This document shows, piece after piece, positions 1 to 10,693 of a stretch of 64,000 bases of DNA. Position numbers and translations under genes: made by a program. The stretch's first letter is position 1, and each line of letters begins with the position of its first letter. A model generated the notes under the pieces. It ran no database searches. It saw nothing but the letters and a program-made list of their open reading frames with translations, and was not told the DNA's origin. This DNA is from Amoebophrya sp. A120 (Eukaryota; Protista; Dinoflagellata): positions 456,074 to 520,073 of the forward strand of contig CAJINV010000010.1 of NCBI GenBank assembly GCA_905178155.1. Direction: 5' to 3'.

Positions 1-1016
1 ACCAGCTTCCACTTTGGCACAACGACACCCATCTCTTTGCACAACAACCGCATCACCTCGTCGCAGTACCCTTGCAGCCGACTACTTGCAATCTTGTCCA
101 GTGGGGTTTTTTGCAAATTCGCGATGAAAAGGTCGCCAAACTGCTTCTCCCCGACAGTTTTCGGTATGTCCGCCGCGGGGGTCACCGTCAAGCTGCTCCC
201 CAGCGCCAAGCAGAAATCCGCTTTTACCGCCGCGTTTTCCGCAGATTCTAACTCCTCCATCGGTAGGTTCTCCCCAAAATTGATGATCGAGTCGAGAAGT
301 TGGCCATTACATTCACTATTGTCGCAAAACCGCCCGGTCTCGTGGGAATGCACTTTCTGACTGGTCCGGGTTCGGAAATCGCGTAGATACTTTCTTTTGC
401 ACTTTTTGCAAATCTCCAGGTTCCGGTTGCCGTGCAGTTCGGAAAATTTCGCCTTGTCCACGCCCGACCGCAAGTGCAGCCCGTCGGTGTTCTGGGACAC
501 GAGATGCTTCAAAACGCCCTGGTCCAGCATCGCTTTCAACGCCATATGGGTAAAGGTCGGGAACGCTTTTTGCACGTCTTGGATCCGATCTGTTTTACCA
601 CTCCTCCTTTCCTGCTTGCTCAGCGGCTTCTTCGCGTTTGCATCCTTCTCCCACTTCCCCGGTCCCGTTGGCAACACCGTATTCATGCCAGATCTGAAAT
701 CCGGAATTCCGGCGGCCGTGGAGATCCCGGCGCCGGTGAAAGCGATGGCGAATTTGGCTTTTCTCATTTTGACGGCGATATGCATTGCAAAAGAAGTATC
801 GTTGTACTCGTATAAATGCATCACAAATTTCCTCAGCATGAGAAATCAAATTTGTAATGCGGATTTAGCTTAAGAACACGATTTGTAATGCATGATTGCA
901 ATACGAGTACGATACTTTTGCACAGGATAGGCGACTTCCTTGATTTTCTGCTCCAGAACCGCCGGGTCGTCGAAAAATTCTTTCACCTCCTCCTTGCTCC
1001 GGGCGGTGGCGGCCAT
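1..1016 (-). CDS. NAD-dependent deacylase, sirtuin class IV (SIRT6/7-like); 3' end runs off window; one introner
   Basis: ATG at 1016: MAATARSKEEVKEFFDDPAVLEQKIKEVA|VKMRKAKFAIAFTGAGISTAAGIPDFRSG...PTFTHMAL...SQNTDGLH...ELHGN...CKKC...IINFGE...LGSSLTVTPA. Frame is joined by removing 779-929 plus one TSD copy. Confidence 0.95.
779..929. mobile_element. Introner family A (~150 bp)
   Basis: TAT..TGCAAAAG TIR; TSD ggcga. Confidence 0.95.
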
Positions 1017-2264
1017 GTTGTTGATTTTTGGGGTGAGGGATGAATAAAACGGAAAACTCGTGGAGGCTGTGGCAGGTGCCTTGCTGGAAGAAATTTAGAT
1101 AAATCGAGATGAGTTTTGAGAAAATAAGTGGAGATCGAGATGTTGGGAGAACAGCATAAAACCGAACCGAACAAAAACTGGATGTGCTGTTGATGTTGAA
1201 ACTAAAGAGTGTACTACTCGCCGAGCTGTATTTGATGCAGAAGATTAGAATCAGAACTTGAGCTGCGAGGCGCATCTATATACTTAATTTGTACGGCATA
1301 GACGAAGAAGCTGAGGCAGCCGATATCTAACTGATCAGAATGCAGAAGGTGAGTCTACGTAGATAAAAGGAGGTCCTGTTTGCCGACGATTGTTTCACCG
1401 AATCGAGACGAGGTCATCGAAAATGAAAATCGACAAGTGCTGTTTACAGCGCAGCAAACCGCACTGGGTTTTCGGTTTGATTCAATATCAACAGCCGACG
1501 AATCAATGAAATGGTCCCACACAAAAGTAAAAAAACCGAGAATGATAGTTGTGCGGCGAGACCCAGACCGATGGCCGAAAGGGTCTTGTCGCTCCTGTGC
1601 AGAGCCTGCTTCCTGTTGTCCCAGAATTGAGAGAGAACCGAAAGCGAACTCCCTGTTACCGAAGGCGGAATGGAGCCATCAGGTGAGCTGCCGCTGCGAA
1701 CAAAACACGAAAACACCATAGTAGGCATCACGCCTTGATGAGACTCCCCCTGGTTGATCTTTCTTTTGTTATCTTTTGCAGCAGGGCTGCCGATACCCAT
1801 CTCGGTAGAAAAAGAAAACGGGTCCCGCCGATTATGTAGCTCAAAAGCGCGTGATAAGACGAAAACGTGTGTTCCCGGGGTAAGACAGTAGAGCGAGGAC
1901 ATCAGCCCGTCGGTACAGAGCGCATGTATGAATGGAAAATCATCGAAAAGCATGAGTCATCAGGAAGACTGGACATCCTGTAGCTCTGGCTACAAATAAG
2001 ACTCGTCACACAGCGCAGAACTCCACGTCCTCGTGCTCCGTCGTGCCTTTTTTCATCATGATGAGTAGTAGGTTCAAAGTACAACTACGTATGTTCGTGT
2101 TGGGCTGGGGCAGGGCGAAGGGTAACTACGTTGAAAAAATGCTGGCTTAGATTGCGCCACAGAATGCGGCATGAGACAATCAGGCGCAACCGTTGCGCGA
2201 CATCATCAAAAGTGGGCGCAGTTCGTTGAACGAACTGCGAACTTGTAACCCGACCCCCTCGTGA

Positions 2265-5200
2265 TCACTCCGTGCCCGTCCACGCCACCCTGGGTGGTTG
2301 CTGCTGCACGCCTCCGCCCCGCTGCCCCCGCCCCCGCCGTGGCGCGTACGGGTCTCTCTGGTTCGGTGGCGCATCGGCCCAGGAAGCTGTCGTCGTGGTG
2401 GTCGTCGTCAGGCTTGTCACGAAGTCATTTGTCATCGGCCCTCGTGGCGCGAAACTAGCCTGGGGGAGGGTATCGGAGGTGGGGGCTTGGAACATGCTGG
2501 CGTTGGGGGTTGGAAGATTACCGTTTATTGGCATACTATCATTACTGTTGTAGCCGGGAGTACTATATCAACTGCAAATATGTCTGGGTCTGAGACTTGT
2601 CATGCACGTTTTGCACGAGCCAAGATGCCTGTGATGCATGCCCTAGCATCACAGACTTTTTGATGAGGGCTTCTTGATGCCTATTCCGGATGACAATTGC
2701 CCTCTCCGCGTAGCAGACACTACATTTCCATTGCTGCCCATGCAATACAGATTTTCTTGGAATCCAAATACAGCATCACAAGTTGCATTCTTCCAAACCC
2801 AGACATATTTGCATTTGATAAACTAGAAGAAAATTGCTGCGATTGTCCACCTATCCTGTGCAAAAGTATCGCACTCGTATAAATGCAAGTCTTGCATTAC
2901 AAATCTTCCTCTTGAGGCAAATCCGCATTGCAAATTTTATATCTCATGCTGAAGAAATTTGTAATGCATTTATACGACTACGATACTTTTGCAGTTCATA
3001 CCACCACCTCCGCTCGCAGCGAATCCTCTGCCGACGAACTGGTCCTGTTCCGCCGAGTTTCTGCTTTTGTCGTTGTCAATGATCAAACCGGTCGGGATGT
3101 TTGTCGGCACGTTGTCTATGGCCGTGCCGTGGGAATTCAAGACCGGTTGCCCGACGACCACCGTGTCCACAGGTGGTTATGCATTGCAAAAGTATCGTAC
3201 TCGTATAAATGCATTACAAATTTTCTCAGCATGAGAAATAAAATTTGTAATGCTAATTTACCTTAAGAAAAATATTTGTAATGCAAGACTTGCATTTATA
3301 CGAATACGATACTTTTGCACAGGATAGTGGTCGCATGCCCCCGATTCCGTCTTGGTACTGCAACGCCGCGTATCCATTGCAAATATGTCTGGGTCTGGAA
3401 GAGTTGCGCACGATTTGTCATGTACATTCTGCATGACTCGTGATGTCTGTGATGCGCGCTCTAGCACCACAAATTATGCGAGCGCTTTCTGATCATCCCG
3501 CCATGCCTATTCCGCATGAGAAATGATGTCCACTCCGCGTAGCACAAACTGGACTCTTCTTTTGCTGGTCACGCAATACAGATTTTTCTTTGGAATCCAA
3601 AGACAGCATCACAAGTTGTAACCTTCCAGACTCAACAGATGACATATTCGCAATGCATACCGCGTCCCTCCTTCGCGCCTCCTCCCTCGATTTGGCGGAA
3701 TAGCGCTCGATCAGTATGCACAGCCCGCAGATTCCCAGCGACGCACCGGCCATCACGGCAAACCCGATCATCCAGCTGAGCATGTCGTTGCTATTGTCGT
3801 CGGTATATGCATTGCAAAAGTATCCTATTCGTATAAATGCAAGTCTTGCATTGCAAATCTTTGTCTTAAGGCAAATCTGCATATACAAATTCTATTTCTC
3901 ATGCTGAGAAAATTTGTAATGCATTTATACGAGTACGATACTTTTGCAATTGATACGGTAGAACTATCGTCAGCGGAGGACGATGACGGCTGGACCCGCG
4001 AACCCGCACTTGGAACTTCCTGCCCGGGGAGGTTATTCACGCCGGACGTGTCTCCGACGACTACATTTAGGCTAAATATGGAGGGACTACTCTCAAGTGG
4101 TGCTACTACCTTGATCGCTCCTGCGCCATGAATTTTTTTCAAACAACATTGACGAAGGTTTATTGAGGATGAGTCTCAACTTGACCAAGCCACTTCGGAT
4201 GACAAGTTCTCCATTACGTGCTCCTCAATTTATTTAGCATTGAAATCCTTGCCAAAAAAAAAAAATCCGTAAAATGCAAGACGCAATAAAGGCTGTCTTC
4301 TTCTACTTTGGCTATTGATGCCTGCATCACAGACAGATTCAAGTATAGAAGTTGTACGGCGATTCAAGAAGTAGAAACCCGTTTGAGAACCTCCCGAGCA
4401 TACTGGGACTCGGCGTTGCCTCCGATCCGTTGTTTTGCCAGTCGGCGGAAGATAACGTCCACACCCCTTCCAAAGACGGCGCCGCGATGCTTGGATTGAA
4501 ACTGTTCCAAATTTCTCTGCCCTTGTCCTCCATTCTATCCTTGTACGTTTATGACAGTTCATAATTCCCCCTCCCCCTCATTTGTCATGCAAAATACCAA
4601 ATCCACCCTTTGCCCTGTGGCACTGCTTGCGTGACAGATTCCCGAAGCCGAAACAGCTCTGCAGTCAGTCGTAAATATGTCATGCAAAAGCTACATCTCT
4701 GCCAGGACTTGTGTTGCTGCGGATGCCATGTCCAAATGAGGGGGAGGGGGAGTTGTGCGCTTTCATAACGTTTCTGCCACGTCCAAAGCCGCGTCCGGGA
4801 GATTCTGCGGCAAGGCGGCCACTATGCATTGCAAATAGGTCTGCGTCTGGAAGATTGCAAGACTTGTCATGCTTCTCGGGCTTGACTCTTAGCTCTGTAA
4901 TGCTGAGCAGGCGCGAAAAGATCCTCTGGTCTGTTATACAAAAATCGAGCCTGCCATGGGGAATACGTCGCAACACGACGGGGAACAAAAACTTGTCATG
5001 CTCGGCCACCTATCGCAGTGATCTGATTATTCACAGACCTGCATCACAAATTTCCAGACCCAGACATATTTGCAGTGGATAGCCGCAGCGTAGGGGTAGG
5101 CCCGTTTGATCTCCACTGACATTTCTTCGTAGATCGCGTTCAGTTGGCTTCGCTCGGGCCCGGTGTCCGGGATTTGTAGCCTCTCCACGATCCTTTCCAG

Positions 5201-7723
5201 CCCGGTTTTGTACAAATGGTCAATCTCCTGGTCCAGAGCCAAATGCCAGTTGTTGTCCAGCCCCGCGGCGTTATTCGGACACGCGTCGCAGTCGCACTCG
5301 TAGCGCTGCGTTGCGACCAGCCAGTAGACCCGGGAATTTCCGCAGAACCGCGGACACCAGAGGTTGTCCATGGTTTGAAAATTTGCGTCCTCCCGCTTGC
5401 AGCACCCCCCGATGTTGGGCTGCGTGACCCCGTCGTCGCAGATGTAGTCGTGGTTTTTGGTCGCCGGGGGCTCGCACTTCTGGTACTTCGCACAGGGACT
5501 GTCCTTCTTGATGCAATGGTTGTTGCAGTCGTCAGAGATGTCCGCAATGTGGTTGCACTTGGTCGCGCAGGAAATCCCGCAGGATAAGGCCTCGGAGGAA
5601 CCGCAATGGGCGGCGAGGGCGTTGCACTGCAGCTGGTTTTCGTCGGTGCAAATGTGCTCGTACTCGGGGGAGGTGCAGCAGGAGGTGGAGTTGAGTGCGG
5701 TGATGATGTCTGTCGTATAGAAGTAGAAGTACAACTAGAATTTATTTTACAAACATCTTGTTCATGACCACAATCGAAAGAGAGCACAAGCACACTCGCT
5801 GTTAATCTTGTTGCATCACAAGCATTTGCTGAGAAACGCATCATCGTTTTCACGTATCAAAAAATACCGCTCTTGCACGCGCAGTGCGCGCTGGCTTGTA
5901 TCTGCTCCCACCGGGTGCTGTGGGGATACCTGTATCAACTGTAAAAGTGTCTGGGTCTGAAAGATTCTGACACTTGTGGTCATGCACGTTTTGCATGAGC
6001 CATGAAAGATGTCTGTGATGCATACCCTGGTAATACAGATTTTCTGAGGGCTTCTTGATGCCTAATTTCGCATGACAAATGGAAATGCCTTCTCAGCGTA
6101 GCAAAAGATGCATTCCCTTTGCTACTCATGCAATACAGCTTTTTTTGGAATCCACATGCAGCATCACAAGTTGCATTCTTCCAGACCCAGACATTTTTGC
6201 ACCTGATAACCTGGAAACGCAAGCAATCCACTCGGCCGCCATCGTTGTCCTTTCAAAAGCGACGGAGTCACAGACTTTCATGCTGTTGCCGGAAGCCGTT
6301 TCCGCGACTGCATGGTCGAATAGGCACTTTACTTTGTCCCAGAAAGTATGAACAGGGGAAGCGCACTTCTTCGATGGTGTAGTGAAGCTGAAGAGAGTTC
6401 TTGCAGACACAGCACAAAGAGATCCACCATCTGAGGCGTGCCACTGCAACGTCGCAGTTCCAGTTGCACATAGACATACACATACTTGTGACATTCCGCA
6501 TGAACATGATTGCAGATCATGACCTCTTCCTCTTCTCATCATCTTCATCACCATGACCACCAGAAAAGGCCTTCCTCTCCATACCACTGGGAACATTCAC
6601 ACGGCGCCCCGGCCAGGCTCTCGTAGGCGGTTTCGAGGCAAAGTATGACCCGCTCAGGTGTTACAATGTCAAGCGTTGCAATAGAATATGGAGATCTGTG
6701 ATGCAAGAGCTGCATGATCTAGCCTACTCTGACAGGATTGCGCATGACAAGTTGAAGTTTCGGAGTCCCAAAGAGCCGCACATGGAAATTTGTATTGCAG
6801 AAAGTGGAACGCACTGGAAGTCTGTCATGCTCATCATGCAAGACAAAATCCAGACTCTACTGTAACAACTGAGATTGTAACACCTGAGCGCGTTGTACAA
6901 AGCGGCGGGCATTTCTGCTTGCACTCCTGCGCCCGCGCGTCCGTGCAATCCGGGTTGCTATGACAGTGCACAGCTTCCCCTCCCCCTCATTTGTATAGCA
7001 TAAACGGCAATCCAAGCGTCAGCAAGAATGCCGGTTTTGCATGACAAATTTGCCCAAGAGTGTAGTACTGTGTGGGCTTCCGGAGTTTGTCATGCAAGCA
7101 GTGCCAACAGGCGCAGCCTGGATTTGGCATTTTGCGTGACAAATGAGGGGGAGGGGGGATTGTGCACTGGCGTAGTTGCAATCCAAGGTGCACATGTTTG
7201 TCCAGGTGGGGTGGTCGCAGCAATTTATCGCGCTGGTCCAGCTGGGGTCATGGCTGTACATGTCTCGCCATTTCGGCGTCAGGTCGTTCTGGCACCAGCA
7301 ATCCACGTGGACACGCTCGGACGTACCTGGTGGCGGTTTTGCAGCGTTATGTAGGCTAGCTGTCAGTACTAGGCTCTTTGTGCAGCTTCGCACGTATTCA
7401 TCGAAAACGAAAAAGAATGAAGCGAATTGGTTTATCATTGTGGTCGGGCATAATTCAAGCACAAGCACAATGAGGCAGCATTACAACGTCAAACTCCTGA
7501 ACAGCACAATATCAATACCGGGAACGGTAAAATCCGCCGTCTGCCATGCGTTATCACTACAGGTCGCGTAGCTTTGGTATGGTGGTGGCGAGTAGGCTGT
7601 GAGCCAGAACGAGTTGCACCACACGGAGGCCTGAGCGTTAGCAAATAACTGTGCTGGACTAAATTGTTGCAAGACTACCGTCCAAAGGAACAAGAACCGG
7701 GTGGGGATAAGCAAAACCGCCAT
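2265..7723 (-). CDS. Cysteine-rich secreted or type I membrane protein, multi-exon (10 introners plus several GT-AG introns)
   Basis: Signal-like MAVLLIPTRFLFLWTVVL; Cys-rich exons join in frame across elements (LDCN|PDC, PPL|CLE, VSR|YPH); TM segment WMIGFAVMAGASLGICGLCILI; stop at 2265. The link across ~4120-4400 needs an inferred GT-AG intron, otherwise this is two genes. Confidence 0.7.
2566..2820. mobile_element. Introner family B (~260 bp)
   Basis: TGCAAATATGTCTGGGT TIR; TSD tacta/aacta. Confidence 0.92.
2852..3000. mobile_element. Introner family A
   Basis: TIR; TSD ccacc; opposite orientation to 779-929. Confidence 0.95.
3178..3326. mobile_element. Introner family A
   Basis: TIR; TSD gtggt. 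Confidence 0.95.
3371..3659. mobile_element. Introner family B
   Basis: TIR; TSD ccgcg. Confidence 0.93.
3806..3955. mobile_element. Introner family A
   Basis: TIR; TSD cggta. Confidence 0.95.
4550..4767. mobile_element. Introner family C (~215 bp)
   Basis: TATGA..CCCCCTCCCCC TIR; TSD acgtt. Confidence 0.92.
4823..5081. mobile_element. Introner family B
   Basis: TIR; TSD gccac/gccgc. Confidence 0.92.
5933..6208. mobile_element. Introner family B
   Basis: TIR; TSD acctg. Confidence 0.93.
6644..6897. mobile_element. Introner, singleton family
   Basis: TIR CGCTCAGGTGTTACAAT; ends GTA; TSD caaag. Confidence 0.9.
6959..7174. mobile_element. Introner family C
   Basis: TIR; ends GTA; TSD gttgc. 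Confidence 0.9.
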
Positions 7724-10693
7724 GCTGGAAAAAAACTGTCGTGATCGACGTGCTCCTGCGTGTGAATGAATGTCTCCTGGGGGACAGAACGGACTGCTGC
7801 AGGCCGACGAGGAGGAGTGTTGTTTTCGCATCAACATCTTGATCATGCGGATCGTGATCATGCGGAGATTTGGATCGAATCCAGCACCGCCAAAGCCCAA
7901 TCACCAGCACGGCGAAACAGAATTCCACGTGGGTATTTGTTCGTTGCACCGTCAATGGAATGTCAATTAGGACGACGTAGTGGTCTTCTACCGGTAATTT
8001 CCAGCCGGATATGTTGATCCAAACCGTGCCGCATGGACCTGCATGTGCATGTTCCGTGTTCTATCTACACGCGATGGAGCTCAACAAAAAAAAGAAAAAG
8101 ATAGTGTGTCATCTTTTGTTTTTCGCACTACACTATCTAGTTGATGCAGTTATTCCTTTACGCGTCAGGTTTAGGAGCGAGGGCCTGACGGCGATAACGG
8201 CGGTGTTAAAGTTCGTGTTTGTTGTTGGAAACAAATAAAACTTCTTATGCAGAAGCAGGGGAACTAACAAAGGTTGATGAAGAAAATATCTTTTTTAGGT
8301 AAAAATACGACTAGAGGGGGCAGGTGGGGGTAGGTACGATGAGGCAAGAGCTGTAGACTTCAACGAAGACGGAGAGATGGAGAAAGCCGGCCGATCTATT
8401 TCCGTTTTCTTCACCGAAAGAGTTACTAGAAAGAGAGCAGGACCATGATGTTTATTCGACGTTTTGGTAAAGAAACACTACCTGCAGAGCCACCACCTCC
8501 CGCCTAAAGAAACAACTTTAAGGACCGATAGTCTGCAAGACTTGCATGCTTTCTGCTCGATATTTTTCTGCACACCTTCCTTCCGAGATGAAGTCAACAT
8601 AACCGACATTGTCATGATGAATCACGTTCAACGTAGTAGAGTTCTTCCCACCACGAAAGCACTGCAGAGCTGTAGTGGATCACACATGCACATCGCTTTG
8701 TTGATGACGATACTTCTTCCACCGTTGGTTTTCTCCTGAACAGCTACAACTCAGAACACAAGAACTTATTTCGGGACGTGGTAAAAGACTACAACACTGC
8801 GCACGGGCATGTGTGAGTCATTGACCCTGGTGGTCCGACCCACAGAAGGACCGTGCAAAACTTCGATAGCAATAGATACTGTACTGAAATTGAAATAAAC
8901 TCGTTAATACAAAAGAAACATGTTGTTTTCCATGAGAGAGAAATCCTGGATAGATTTTGCTGTTCTACGTTTGTCAGACAAACTTCTTCTTATTGTGTAA
9001 ACGTGCAACTCAGTCAACAGTTTTGTTGAAAGATAGATTTGTTCGAGTTTTAGTTTTAGCAGAGGTGAAGATCATGACTTAGGTAGAAAGCATCGCTTTC
9101 ACCTTCTTGGAGCAAAATTTTTGAACTCTTCTTCTTCTTGTTCTTCATGCGTCGAATATCATAAAATTAGTGTGGAACTTTGCATATTCGTAGTGTGCAG
9201 CTACGCTGGTAATTTTGAGAAACAGAGCGACAACAGACACCGAGGCGACAAGAACCACCTGGCATCTAACTGTCGCCCCGCTGCAGCCTCTACTACACTT
9301 CTCATATTTTCATTTTCCTTGTTGATTATACGGAAGGTCAGTGCCCATACCCGCTTGGTAGAATCTGCAGACACGATACCGAACGGGTTGCGCTCATTCA
9401 TCTTACTGTCTTAGCCATAGAGTTTGACTCGCCACCGCTGTCTAGTACGGGGATCTTTCTCTTATTCACCTCCTTCGTGCCTGATGAAAATGTAGATTAA
9501 TGTAGTACAAGTACATGATGAATATGAAAATTCAGTGATTCGACGGAAGAGACGTATTCTGCTTTTCTGCTAGTACTCACTGTGCACACAGTCATTTTTT
9601 CTGCAATCTAAAAAAATCTCGTCATGATGAGGTGCCACAAATTTCATCCAAAACGCGATGCACCAAGCAACTAGGTTGTAAAAAACTAGAAACACTTAAC
9701 AGTGATTGCCTGGGAGGTGGACGAAGAGGCTGTATAATTGTTTTGAATTTTGCAGAGTTTTCGAAGTTAGTGAGTTTTTCTGTTTGCACAAAATTTGAAT
9801 CTTCTATCCAAAAGACTACGTCATGGTGAACATGCTATGAACAGGGATTTTGTCAAGAAAATAAAACTTTTACTGTATCTAAAAATAACCGCTACGTAGT
9901 ACTCAATTTCCTGTTCAATTTCGAACCAAAAAGCTGCCAACGTGTTTCTTTCTGTGGTACAAGTTTTAAGCAGACTGCCATTAGTAAAAAATTGCTAGGT
10001 AGTGTGTCTGTGAAAAGTAACAATTTCTGAACGTCAATGATGTACAAAAAAAGCTGATTTGATCGTGCTCTAGTCCAGACTATAGCAGTAGAGAGATTGA
10101 TGTTAATGTTTAAGAAGTTTATGATTCTTGGAATTTTGTAAAAAGAGTTATCTTCAGCTGCCCAAGTGCGTACAGATTTAATGCTAAACGAGAACTAGAA
10201 TATATTTTATGTTACAACAGAAGCTTTGAAGCTATCAATTTTGAATTTTTACGTTCAGTCAGTGTGAGTACAATGTGAACGACCAAAGTAGACGTCACTT
10301 TGAGCTAGTAGCTAGGAAGAACTCATAGGACAACTGAGTCACATAGGAGATACAAATAAATCTTGTACGATAGTACTGAAGAAGAACGAATTGCCTTGAT
10401 CTTGCACTACCAATATATAATGTTTTTGAAGTTTTTCGTTTTCCATACAGACAGGCATTATTGCTTAGACGAGGAGGTCATGAAGAACGAATAGTCAATC
10501 TGCTTGGTCACCCGAAGAAAAGATGAAAGAACTATGGTGCTTTTTAGCACGAAGAAATGATGCGTAAACATTATTTCACCCTCGTCGTGATAGTGGTAAT
10601 GTTGCGACCAGCATAATCAATATTTTTTCATTTCATCTACATTTTTTTCACTGTAACCCTAATCAGTAGAAGTAGCACCATTCAAGAATAGTT

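Noticed and set aside
1444-2084. ORFs 1444-1953 and 1902-2084
   Set aside because: No recognisable homology and no coherent exon chain.
2834-3470. Recurrent small ORFs such as YALQKYRTRINALQIF, CKNVWVWK and LPDPDIFA
   Set aside because: Translations of element TIRs, not a protein family.
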